Positions 11,601 to 23,180 of a stretch of 49,015 nucleotides of DNA are shown here, in pieces. The number at the start of each line of letters is the position of its first letter. The stretch's first letter is position 1. A program made the translations under genes and the position numbers. The notes under the pieces are model-generated. The model saw only the letters and a program-made list of their open reading frames with translations. It was not told the origin of the DNA and ran no database searches. This DNA is from Chromera velia (taxonomy: Eukaryota): assembly GCA_018398765.1 (NCBI GenBank), contig JAHBMJ010000384.1, positions 1 through 49,015 on the forward strand. The letters run 5' to 3'.

Positions 11601-14600
11601 CTTGTTGCTTTTCATAGCAAAAGAACCAACCTTCTGTCACCTTACTCGGGGCAAGGCATCCAAGAACACACACAGGTGGACCCCCCCCTGCGTGTGTTTG
11701 CATGCAGTTGGCCGACAACTTCTGTTTCTACAACGACCAGTATGACAAGCTGGAGGGTTGTGCGCAGTGGGCCCAGGAGTCTCTGCAACTTCACGAGAAG
11801 GACAAGCGCTACGTGGTCTACAGGTAGGTAGGTAGCAAGGAAGGAATGCATACGCATGCGAGAGGCGTGCAGATATCTAGCCAGGAAGGGAAGCGAATGC
11901 AAAACCGTTGGTGGGTGGCAAACTGATGCTGCTGCTTTATTTTTCCGATCCAATTTTTGAGTGAGGACGTGCAGAGTTCTTCGATCGTGTTTGCTGACAG
12001 GCAGGCAGGAAGTGGTCTTTAGCAGGGGGGCGAGAGAGCTGGTGGCAGTTGAGAGGAACTTGGTGGGTGTGATGGTTGGAAGGAATTGAGGTAGGGCCCG
12101 ACAAAGACATAGTGAGAGAGTGACTGGCGACTCATGTTGGATCGCGTGCATGGTCGTGTGTGCAGTTTGAAAGATCTGGAGCAAGGAAAGACGCATGACG
12201 ATTTGTGGAACGCCTCCCAACTCCAGATGGCGGAGGAAGGGAAGATGCACGGGTTCCTCCGGATGTATTGGTCGGTCGGTCGGTCGGTCGGTCGGTCGGT
12301 CGGTCAGGAGAGAAAAAAGACCATCAAGCAAACGAACAACGGAAGGAGCCTCCCTCCCAACAAAAAGATGCCTGCAACCTGACAAGCTACCGCACACACA
12401 CAATTTGATTCAGAGACGAAAGGGAACTCCCCGCGTGTATCTGTCTGTGTGTCTGTCTTCTTCTGTGGATGTCTCTCAGTCTCTCTCTTTCCAAGCTTAC
12501 TCTATGGAAAGAAGGACTTCGGAAATGCACAGCCGTCGTGGTTGATTCCTCGTAGGATAGATGTACAAGTGAACAAATGAATGAGTTGAGATAGACAACC
12601 TCAAGCTTCGTGAGGGCTCACCAAATCAAATCTTGCATGCGACGTCTTCTCAGACGGAGGAGACCTTCCTCTCCTCTTTCCCCCTTTCCCCCTTTCCCTT
12701 TTGATTCCTTTTTCGTTTTTTCATTTCTTTCCCTTTTGATTCCTTTTTCGTTTTTTCATTTCTTTCCCTTTTGATTCCTTTTTCGTTTTTTCATTTCTTT
12801 GTCAAAGTGCGCGTTTGGGCTGGCAAGCATCTCGCTCGTTGTTTGAGTGAGTGATGCAGGGCAAAGAAGATTCTCGAGTGGAGCCCCAACCCTACTCTGG
12901 CGCTCGAGTGGGCCATCTACCTGAATGACAGGTGGGGGTGGGGAGGTGGAAGGATGACCTTAATATCTTGCCTGCTGCCTGCCTGCCTCTCCTGTGTTGC
13001 TTCGTGAGCTTCAGAGGGAAATCCAGGAGCAAAGTGAAAAAGAGCAAAACTTTGCTCAGGAACACAGAGAAAGCCGGCACCCGCAAAGACAGTCCACTTG
13101 AAAACTTCTTCAATTTCTTTCTTTCTTTCTTCGTTCTACCTGCCTTGATGTTTCAGGTACGAGCTCGACGGGAGGGACCCCAACGGATATGTGGGATGCA
13201 TGTGGAGCATCGGGGGCATTCATGACCAGGTAGGTAGGTCAACAATCAGGCAACACAACAAGGTTTCCTTCCTTCTGTTGCCATTCATGTATATTGTGTC
13301 ATGGCTAAGCTGATACAAAAAAGCAGCGGGTCGACCGTAGAGCTCTGTACCTTCGTATTTTTGTGCGCCGTTCATGCATGCACGAAGAAAAACAAATGGC
13401 GTAGAGTTCTTTCCTGATGTGGGCTTTGCACATGTCCGTCTGGTTGCCCTGTCTTTTCCTTGTGCGGTTTCGGCTTCCTGCTTTCTGCTTACTGCTTTCT
13501 GCTTACTGCCTTGTGCTTTCTGCTTTCTGCTTACTCCCTTCTCCTTACTGCTTGCTGCTTGCTGCTTTCTGCTTGCTGCTTACTGCTTGCTGCTTACTGC
13601 TTTCTGCTTTCTGCTCACTGCTTTCTGCTGACTGCTTTCTGAATACTGCTCTCTGTTTACTGCTTACTGCTTTCCGCTTACTGCTTTCTGCTTGCTGCTT
13701 ACTGCTTTCTGCTTGCTGCTTGCTGCTTGCTACTTGCTGCTTACTGCTTAATGCTTAATGCTTACTGCTCACTGCTTTCTGCTTACTGTTTACTGCTTTC
13801 TGCTTTCTGCTTAGTGCTACTGCTTTCTGCTTACTGCTTACTGCTTTCTGCTTACTGCTCACTGCTTACTGCTTTCTGCTATCTTCTTACTGCTTACTGC
13901 TTACTGCTCTCTCCTTACTGCTTTCTGCTTACTGCTCACTGCTTTCTGCTTACTGCTGTCTGCTTACTGCTTGCTTCTTTCCGCTTACTGCTGTCTGCTT
14001 ACTGCTTTCCGCTTACCGCTTTCTGCTAACTGCTTTCTGCTTACTGCTTTCTGCTTACTGATTACTGCTTTCTACTTTCTGCTTACTGCTTTCTGCTTAC
14101 TGCTTTCTGCTTTCTGCTTACACTTTCTGCTTACTGCTACTGCTTACTGCTTTATGCTCTCTGCTTACTGCTTACTTCTTTCCGCTTTCTGCTTACTGCT
14201 CACTGCTTTCTGCTTACTGCTTTCTGCTTACTGCTTACTGCTTACCGCTACTGCTTACTGCTTTATGCTCTCTGCTTTCTGCTTACTTCTTTCTGCTTAC
14301 TGCTTACTGCTTACTGCTTACTGCTTTCTGCTTACTGCTTACCGCTTACTGCTTTCTGCTTACTGCTTACTGCTTTCTGCTTACTGCTTGCTGCTGGCTG
14401 CTTGCTACTTGCTGCTTACTGCTTTCTGCTTACTGCTTACTGCTTTCCGCTTACTGCTTACTGCTTTCTGCTCACTGCTTTCTGCTTACTGCTTTCTGCT
14501 TACTGCTTACTGCTTTCTGCTTACTGCTTTCTGCTTACTGCTCACTGCTTTCTGCTTCCTGCTTGCTGCTTGCTGCTTTCTGCTTACTGCTCTCTGCTTA

Positions 14601-16437
14601 CTGCTTTCTGCTTACTGCTTTCTGCTTACTGCTTTCTGCTTACTGCTTACTGCTTGCTGCTGGCTGCTTGCTACTTGCTGCTGACTGCTTTCTGCTTACT
14701 GCTTACTGCTTTCCGCTTACTGCTTACTGCTCACTGCTTTCTGCTTACTGCTTTCTGCTTTCTGCTTACTGCTTTCTGCTTTCTGCTTACTGCTTTCTGC
14801 TTGCTGCTTTCTGCTTTCTGCTTACTGCTTACTGCTTTCTGCTTACTGCTTACTGCTCACTGCTTTCTGCTTCCTGCTTGCTGCTTGCTGCTTTCTGCTT
14901 TCTGCTTACTGCTTGCTGCTTACTGCTTACTGCTTTCTGCTAACTGCTTTCTGCTTACTGCTTACTGCTTTCTTCTTTCTGCTTACACTTTCTGCTTACT
15001 GCTACTGCTTACTGCTTTATGCTCTCTGCTTACTGCTTACTTCTTTCTGCTTTCTGCTTACTGCTTTCTGCTTACTGCTTACTTCTTTCTGCTTTCTGCT
15101 TACTGCTTACTGCTTACTGCTTACTGCTTTCTGCTGACTGCTTACTGTTTACTGCTTCTGCTTACTGCTTTCTGCTGTCTGCTTACTGCTTTCTGCTTAC
15201 TGCTTTCTGCTTACTTCTTTCTGCTTACTGTTACTGCTTTCTGTTTACTGCTTTCTGCTTACTGCTTACTGCTTTCTGCTTACGTCTTTTTGCTTTCTGC
15301 TTACTTCTTTCTGCTTTCTGCTTACTGCTTACTGCTTTCTGCTTACTGTTTACTGCTTTCTGCTTACTGCTTTCTGCTTACTTCTTTCTGCTTGCTGCTT
15401 ACTGCTTTCTGCTTGCTGCTTGCTGCTTGCTACTTGCTGCTTACTGCTTACTGCTTAATGCTTACTGCTCACTGCTTTCTGCTTACTGTTTACTGCTTTC
15501 TGCTGACTGCTTACTGTTTACTGCTTTCTGTTTACTGCTTTCTGCTGTCTGCTTACTGCTTACTGCTTTCTGCTTCTAGCTGAATGGTGCTCGCACCGTT
15601 GTTTGGGGCTTTCTTTCTTTGCCTCTCTCCTCTTTTTCCTCTCTCTCCCATTTCGTCTTTCAATGCACCCCCCCGTATGTGGATGTATGTCTCTGGTCGA
15701 GTTGCTCGCAGGGATGGGGCGAGAGGGAGGTCTTCGGCAAAATCCGGTATATGAACTACGACGGTTGCAAGAGTCAGCTGGCAGATTGTTGCCGCTTGTG
15801 TTGCAGTGCGTCTGAAGGAGAAGACATACTCTTTGGCTGCATGGTACAAAAGAGAGCTAGGTTTGCTTGGTTTTCCCTTTCATCCTATTTCTAGTCTCTT
15901 TGTGTCTTCGGTTTTCTGGATGTCTGTGTGGTGCCACAGTCCTATTGTGTGCGAGCGTGGAAATTGGGCCGTGTCAGAGGATTTCCTTCATTTTCTGTTT
16001 TTGTTTTTGCTCTGGCTGTTTGCAGAGAAGTTTGACGTCCCGGCATTCATCCGCAGGTATGTGTAGGTCCTTCTTCCGGTCTTCCGTCTCTTTCCTTCTC
16101 GACTCTATTTTCGTGCACCCGGACTTTCTCGTGGGTCTTTTTTTTTCTTGCTGGTCTGTTTGAGAGGCGGGGTCGGGATGCGCACCCAGCCATCGACTCT
16201 TTCTTTTTTTGTCTGGTCGGCGGTAGGCGGACACTGCAGAACACCAGTCTTCTCCCAGCCTCTAAGGACGTGCAACAATGACTTAGTGGTCAGATTCCGG
16301 CCCCCATGTCGAAGATTCGTGCTTGGCTGATGGCTTGGTTTGTTGATTGCAGGTATGCAAACGCCGCGAAGAATGCAAGAGCAGTCGTGCAATCAAAGGG
16401 CTCGCTTCCCATGACACTGAAGATGGCCAAAAAGTGA
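8628..16437 (+). CDS. PHR1: Class II CPD photolyase (deoxyribodipyrimidine photo-lyase), 12 exons, 509 aa from the first ATG
   Basis: Exons 8628-9073, 9226-9490, 10108-10187, 10774-10822, 11235-11381, 11708-11823, 12166-12270, 12860-12931, 13157-13229, 15712-15772, 16026-16056, 16353-16437 total 1530 nt with GT-AG junctions in phase. Class II motifs: [119 protein letters not shown]. Confidence 0.96.
12271..12305 (+). repeat. (GTCG)n microsatellite starting at the donor GT of photolyase intron 7
   Basis: gtcggtcggtcg... directly after the exon end (TATTG). Confidence 0.95.
12693..12800. repeat. 35-bp tandem repeat, 3 copies, in photolyase intron 7
   Basis: Unit tttcccttttgattcctttttcgttttttcatttc starting at 12693, 12728 and 12763. 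Confidence 0.9.
13473..15576. repeat. ~2.1-kb heptamer tandem array (TGCTTAC/TGCTTTC and variants) in photolyase intron 9
   Basis: Roughly 300 units of TGCTTWC with variants TGCTCAC, TGCTGAC, TGCTTGC. Internal higher-order duplications, e.g. ~13720-13800 versus ~15420-15500. Confidence 0.97.
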
Positions 16438-17854
16438 TCAACCGTGAGCAAGCATCAGAAGAACGCGCATTCTCAAACGTCTGTCCGACGAGGAAAGAAC
16501 TCTAAGCGTCATTGGGAACCAGATTTGTTTTTAGTTAATTGTTCTCTTTCGATCTGAAGGGTTGGAAGAATCGATCGAGCAGGGAGAGTGTGAGGCGATC
16601 CGGCGTCGAAGCGGGGTAGTTGTACTGTACACAACATTTGTATGAGTGCCAGTGGTAAACGCACTCCGTTAGCTCAGATTTCCCATTTTTTGTTTATCCA
16701 GCTCGCATCCGGTTAAACAGCTGCTTCGTAGCAGTCGCGGCCTCTGGGCAGATTCAGTCTTCACTGATAGGGCGGATGACGCGCAGTTGTTGCTGGGACT
16801 AGTGCTGGGATTTGTAATTTTACAAGAGTGCACGAACTTTGTATTAAGTTTATAAAAGACGCAACTGGTGATAATCATTTTTGTTTGTACATTTTTAAAG
16901 CTTATTTATGTGAAATGCTGATTTAATTTAATTTGATTTGATTTAAGTGGGTAAAAAGTTATGATACAAGCCGGTGAGCCGCCTGTATCTACTAGTAGGC
17001 CTGTATAGGGCTTTAGCTGGCCATATAGCATTTTAATTGGTATAGTCATGCATGTTTATCCATTACTATATCTCTAGGCACTTCTTGTTGAAATTAAAAT
17101 CAAGAGTCAACTTTACATTAAAATTTATAGGATTAGGATTAATTAGCATAGTTGTGTTCCGGGTTTGTTCCGAGGTCCACTGCGGGGGGACCGCTACTGA
17201 TTGAATGTGGCTAGGAATGTGGTTCACCCATTTTTTATGAGTATGACTTTTAACATAGTTTTTTGCACTACCAAAATTTGTAGTATATATATACAATATT
17301 ATAGACAGAAAGTTAACAAAAATTGTTTTAAAATGTTACAGTTTTTTTTTCAAGTTGATCGAGGATTTTCATTTATTGACAAATTATTGCGGGTTCTGTA
17401 AAGAAACTTTTCAATCAAAAATTATCTATATTATGAAATAATCATTCTTTTTAGGAAAGCTTTTTGCGAGGAGACCTAGGGGGACACACATACACTTACT
17501 ACAAGGGAGAAGGACTGCCACATTGGCAGGCCCAGTGGCACTGAGGCACTACATTGGCCTGCCAATACCTTTTTCTTCGATCCTACCTCATGCTGCCATA
17601 TGAACTGGCTTTTCAGGCTAAGGCTGAATCAGATGCCGCTTCAGTATAAGTCATATGGCCAGGCCCGCCAGGGAAAGAAGATCAAAAAGGTTGGAGAGAA
17701 AAGTTAACTAGAGAGAAGATCATATGATAATGTTACAGCTCTCTATAAAATCTTTGATCAACTGAAAAAGGAACTGATAACTGTGTGAGATAACGATTTC
17801 AAAAGAAAAATAATGAAAGAAAAAACAGCAAATGTATACACACTGTAAGCTCTG

Positions 17855-17872
17855 CGTGTATGTGTGTGTGTA

Positions 17873-17916
<44 letters not shown>

Positions 17917-17918
17917 TA

Positions 17919-17958
<40 letters not shown>

Positions 17959-17993
17959 TGTGTGCGTGTGTGTGTGCATGTATGTATATGTGT

Positions 17994-18033
<40 letters not shown>

Positions 18034-18078
18034 ATGTGTATGTGTGTGTATGTGTATGTGTGTGTGTATGTATGTATG
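17855..18078. repeat. Imperfect (TG)n/(TATG)n microsatellite
   Basis: Directly visible; explains the CV/HT-repeat ORFs here. Confidence 0.97.
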
Positions 18079-19064
18079 CGGGCGTGTATGGACTTGTCCG
18101 TATGTCAGCGGATGTCAGTCGTCGAGACTTCAAAGGGGGCATATTATTCGTCTCCTACAAGCCTCTGCCATGCCAACCGCCCCGATCTACTGTGCCTCTA
18201 AACAAATTAAACAGCTCTTTTCATGTTTTTGTTCCTCTTCGATCGTCTCTACGTGGCACATAGTAATACTATTACATACAGTGAACACCTGGGACAGATG
18301 CACATGCACGCAGAGCATCCATCAAAGGACGGACCAATTCATTTGATCACTGTTTGAACTTATATACCATGGGTGAGATAGGGATCAAAGCAGTGAAAAC
18401 AGTGGGCCATGTTGTGCAGACTATTTGCTGATCGTCGATCGATCGGTCCCGCGGCCATGCAGCGCATGTTTCTATCCCTTTTTATTTATAAGACACACAG
18501 CCAGAGAAGAGAATTCAACGAATGATTCATTATAATCCAGAAGAGTTGCACGAACCTGACAGAGGGGCATCTCAACGCACCCAGAATCCTACAACAGGGA
18601 CGTAGAAACAGTGAAGCCCCCCCCCGACCTGCCGAGGATGCTAGAGAGAAGAAGGACAACGAGCGATCGATCCAAAGAATCGAAGCGCAACGCTGACCTC
18701 TTTCCATGTGGACGCCAGAGCCCCCTTCCTTTTCTTCTCTCTTCTTTACCTTCCCTTTGTTTCGTTCGCTTGTAGCTGCGTGTCACGATCTCAGTGGATG
18801 TACATAAAGAGCACGGGCAGGCTAACAATGTAGTGATTGCTGAATCAACTCACTCAGATCATTCTTTTCACCCTCGAATCTCCTTTAATTTCTTCCCACC
18901 TTCGATCGTGTATCACCCCATCAGCGGTTGGACACGAAAGGCAAAGGAAACACTTCTAGTGTACGAAAAGGAAGAAAAACTGACAAAAATGGAATGCAGC
19001 GAGCGCCTAAGTGATGCACGGCTCATTTGTGACACGGTTGACAGCCTGAACGCAGCTCCCACCT

Positions 19065-19066
<2 letters not shown>

Positions 19067-19098
<32 letters not shown>
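19067..19098. repeat. (TG)n microsatellite
   Basis: Directly visible. Confidence 0.95.
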
Positions 19099-19103
<5 letters not shown>

Positions 19104-21539
19104 TGTAGATATGTAGATGTGTGTATGACATTGTGTGTATATGTGTGTGTGGTTACCGTAATTCTCACTTTAAAGTAAAAAGTGGCGGAACATGGATACT
19201 CACTCTCACCTAAACCTCTCCAAAATACAATTAAAAACGCTACCGTTGCGAAACCCCCCAAAGAACACACACACACACACACATACACACAGGTCATTGC
19301 TCAGTCTCCATGGCAGCCATTACATCATCGGTCATCCAGAGGCATAAGTCTAGAAAGAGCTGGAAGAAAAAAGGAAACACGTACAGCCGGTCTAGCTGTC
19401 AACACAAAGATGCACAGAGGGAGACGTGAAGGTGGCCTTCCTTTTGCATTCCTGCATGCTTTGATTGAGAATAATTTTTTACAAAGCTAGATCGGACACG
19501 CATAAAACTTCTGTACGGGATACGTTATAGTGAATCAATTTGCATTCATAGAGGAACAAACAAGCGAGCTGCCTGAAAAAAATAAACCTTTCCTCTTCTG
19601 TTTTCTTCGTTTTCTTCCTTCAGCGGATACACAAGCATAGAATCTGGACAAGCAAAAGAAAAAGCTGGAAACTCTGCTTGGCTTTCTTTCGTTTATCGAA
19701 CAGCGGATACAGATGAAGCTAGTAATACTACTATCGTAGCAATGCATGCTCAGCCTGTCTGACCATGCACCCTGGCATCTTAGTATATCTTAGCAAGTCC
19801 ATGCCCTACGTCACCAGAAAGGACAACATGTCGCTGCTATGACAGTCGTATACAGCTAGAGCATGCCCTCCCAACCTGGCGTCCTTGCGTAAGTCAATCA
19901 AACACAATTGACGGGGGTGTACATGCTATTCCATCTTTTCTGAGTTAACCGCTTTCAGGCTCCCAGCTCCCTGATTGGTGCTTGGTAAGAAAAAAGAAGA
20001 ATAAGCTTGCAATGGGCATGCATGCACATACAGTGAACAATGAAATTGAATAAATAAACGCCCACCCCTCCCGCCCGCCCGTCCTTTTCACCAAACAACC
20101 TCCCTGCCTGCCCCTTCCCAATACATATTCTAAAATTCCATTTACGAGTATTCAGTCTGGACTCTGGAGCGACTGGGACTAAGGACGCAGGAAGCCATCC
20201 TGCATGCCTCTATGTTGGTAATTGGGGGGGTTGACAGTAACATAAAGATCTATACAGACAAATACTTGTCTCCCTTCCTTTCCCTCCCCTTCTCTTCCAT
20301 ATGTGGTTGTTCTTTTGCACTATAACCCATATCATGTATGCATGTTCTTCACTTACTTTACAGAGAATACAAAGTTCTTAATCATCCCAATATCTTTCCT
20401 TCTTTCCCCTCCGACATCCATACACTGGCAGGCAGCGTTCCAGTGAATGGACCAAATGTGCGATGAGGTTCTTCTTCCTCTTAGATTGGACCTGGGACCA
20501 AGAGAGAGAAAGAGACAGAACCAGCACGTGCGTGGGTATGAGGAAATTCAATCCGAAACTGGTGGGAACATTTCCCTCTCTCCTCCCCCTCCAAATGCTC
20601 ATACATGCATGCATGTACTGAGGATATAAGAATACAATCCCCTCCCCATTCCCTTCTCTCTCTCTCTCTTTTTCTCTCTCTGTGTATGTCTATCGCTGCA
20701 GACAGACAAGCATAAGGAAGAGATAAGGAAACCAAAGGTATCTTTGCGTTCCCCCTTCCGGGCATGCTGCGGCATGCGATCATTACACCTGAACAGAAGC
20801 GCTGCTCTGAGGGAATGTGAAGAGAACCCGTTCGACTTGAACGAGAAGACCCCCGACAGAAGGGTCAAGGTCTTCAAGGGGCAACGCAAGCCGCATCACC
20901 TCCCTGCTGAGGAGTCGAAAGAGCAGACTCTTGTGAATACGCTTACTGCTTCTAAACGGCCCTTCAACTTTTTTGCATGCCAGAACAAGGTTTGTCATCG
21001 CTTTTGACATATGGCTAACCATTATTGAGCCACCAGTACATCCTAAACACCCGCTAAACTCACTCGCATCTCATCAAGAGGCTCTCCAACAATGTTCAAC
21101 AATTAGATTGTGGTTATCACCATTACTGTTACTCTTTTCACTGTAAGTACTATCTGTAGGCTGACCAATAGCTACTTTTTAGTACTTTTGTTGCACTGTG
21201 GGATAAGCAGAAAGCATACTATGTTGTGTATAAGAGGTTTATCCACATTTTTAAGCATGCATCAGTATCATTTGTATTATCTGTATTGCTAATCTTACAA
21301 AATTCTCAAACTGTGATAGTTGATAAGTGAATTTTAAGTAAGCTACCGGTTCAAACTTATTTTAACTCCGTGGTTATCTATTTTATCTTTTTTAGATTCA
21401 GTCATACACTGTTGTAATAGTTTTTCAATTTGATTGGGACTGATTAGTTTTCCTCTCAAAGAAATTCAATGACATTATTTTTTGTATAAGGGCCCTTAAC
21501 TACTGGTTTCAGCGTAGCCATACTACACCCGCTACCGTT

Positions 21540-22640
21540 TATTAATTCAAGAGAAAAAGAGGGACCACTAAATCAAGAAACCGTGTCATATAATTAGTAA
21601 GTCAGAGGAAATAAGTAAATTTGCCCCTAAGCACATCAACAAAATAGTGCGGGAAGTTTGTTACCCAAATTTGGACCATTATTTTGAAAAATACTATCTG
21701 TCTAATGAGGGAAAATGTAGTCTAAAAGACTTCTTTAATTCATAACAGTTTTTGCTTTCGACACCTAAAGATGGGCATATAACGGCAGTCGAAACCGATT
21801 GTCCGACTTTGAACACTCTGATTGAACTTGAATAGATTAACAGATTCAACCGTGATAGATGTGCAAGCAGAAGGTTGTTTCCGACAAAAAGTGAGGCAAC
21901 TTAGCCATCAAACTAAAAGTACAAGGGGAATACAATAACTCATACTTACTGTAAGCCCTTTTTATTGAAAGCAAATTAAAGAAAAGGCCTTTTTTTTACT
22001 TAAGATATAACTTTCTATCTTATCTTGAGCAAAATAGCAATTCTATCTATAGATGGTAGCAGATAGTGTGTTTTTCAGTTTATTATTGAAAAAGAGATTT
22101 GGAGACCTGAAAAGAGAATTCTGGTACTGTTTAGTTCCCCTAAACATATACTTATCCGAATGAAGGATCATGAATCAATAAAGATAATTGAAGTATATAT
22201 TGAAGCAGCTCTAATTTTAGATGAGTCTCAAAATGCTCTCACTGATATTCTGAAAGATGGTGGGATTATGGAAAATGAGGTAAAAACAATAGAGGTCTTG
22301 AGTATCTCCTACGACTCACAAATGCTAGAACTTTATTCCAACCTCTCAGAAACCCAAAAGCAGGCAGCATACTACGCATTTGAGAAAATGTAGTCACCTC
22401 AACAGATAAAATCACAATTATCCCTTTTTTGTGGTTTCTCCGAGAGCATACTCCATCCTTTGTAAACCACCAAGCACTCAAGGAGACCACGTATAAAAAT
22501 TGGATCAAAGAGTGGTTCAACAGAGGATGTTTTACCCAGACTGACTATAAGCAGCTTTGTGGTAAAGTTACCGCTCAAACAGTTGAGCTGTGGTGGCAAG
22601 TGAATAGTGGCAAACGAATAGTGGCAAACAAATGGTAGTG
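21540..22640 (+). pseudogene. Degraded coding relic in AT-rich DNA, family not recognised
   Basis: Protein-like stretches (e.g. ORFs 22160..22393 and 22429..22638) broken by stops and frameshifts in TpA-rich sequence. Confidence 0.3.
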
Positions 22641-23108
22641 TAAGGTAGCTCTTTTTTGAATAGTTTGATGATCATCATGATTAATAAATGGAAGTAGCTA
22701 GGAGCCAGTAGGCAGTAACATCCGACAGATAATATACAACTAAGAAATGTTGTATATTATTACCCAAACAAAATGGTGCTAGTTCGAAGTAAAGTTTTAC
22801 AACCTATTATTTTTACTCTTATTTCTACTACTACTCCCACTCCTACCATTGCTATGGTTCCAAAGTATCAATGAGCAAGAAACAACGTCATCTAGTAACA
22901 TTACAATTGATGGCTGAAAGGTTAATGAGTAAATTTTATATGAAATTGAGAAAACACGCTAATGACATATTACGAATGGTTTGTAGGCCAGCTTAGTAAA
23001 TTGAAGGCATTTTTTTAAAATTGGAAGAATGAAAAGGGAAACAGTGAATGTGAACTGTTCTTTTCCTTTTTTTTATTTTTCAAACCGCTAAAAACATATC
23101 AGAAAGCA

Positions 23109-23180
23109 GACCAATAGTGTAGTGATGATTGAGGGTTTTTTTATGCATGCCGCGTCCCCATATATGACCAATAGTGTAGT
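23109..23180. repeat. 15-bp direct repeat flanking a 42-bp insert (possible target-site duplication)
   Basis: gaccaatagtgtagt at 23109-23123 and 23166-23180. Confidence 0.75.

Noticed and set aside
13473..15576. Heptamer array as interstitial telomeric repeat
   Set aside because: TGCTTWC/GWAAGCA lacks the G-run of TTTAGGG/TTAGGG-type telomere repeats.
13374..15583. Long Leu/Cys/Ala-rich ORFs (up to 393 aa)
   Set aside because: Translations of a stop-poor heptamer repeat, open in all three frames, inside a photolyase intron whose flanking exons join exactly (HDQ|GWGER).
16960..17680. Possible TIR pair around an AT-rich island (ctggccatat / atatggccag)
   Set aside because: Only about 10 bp of inverted match and no TSD; too little to call an element.
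17720..18346. HT/CV-repeat ORFs
   Set aside because: Translations of a (TG)n microsatellite.
18300..21050. Possible exons (e.g. 20447-20560, 20796-20932)
   Set aside because: Some plausible splice signals, but no consistent gene model or recognisable domain could be built.
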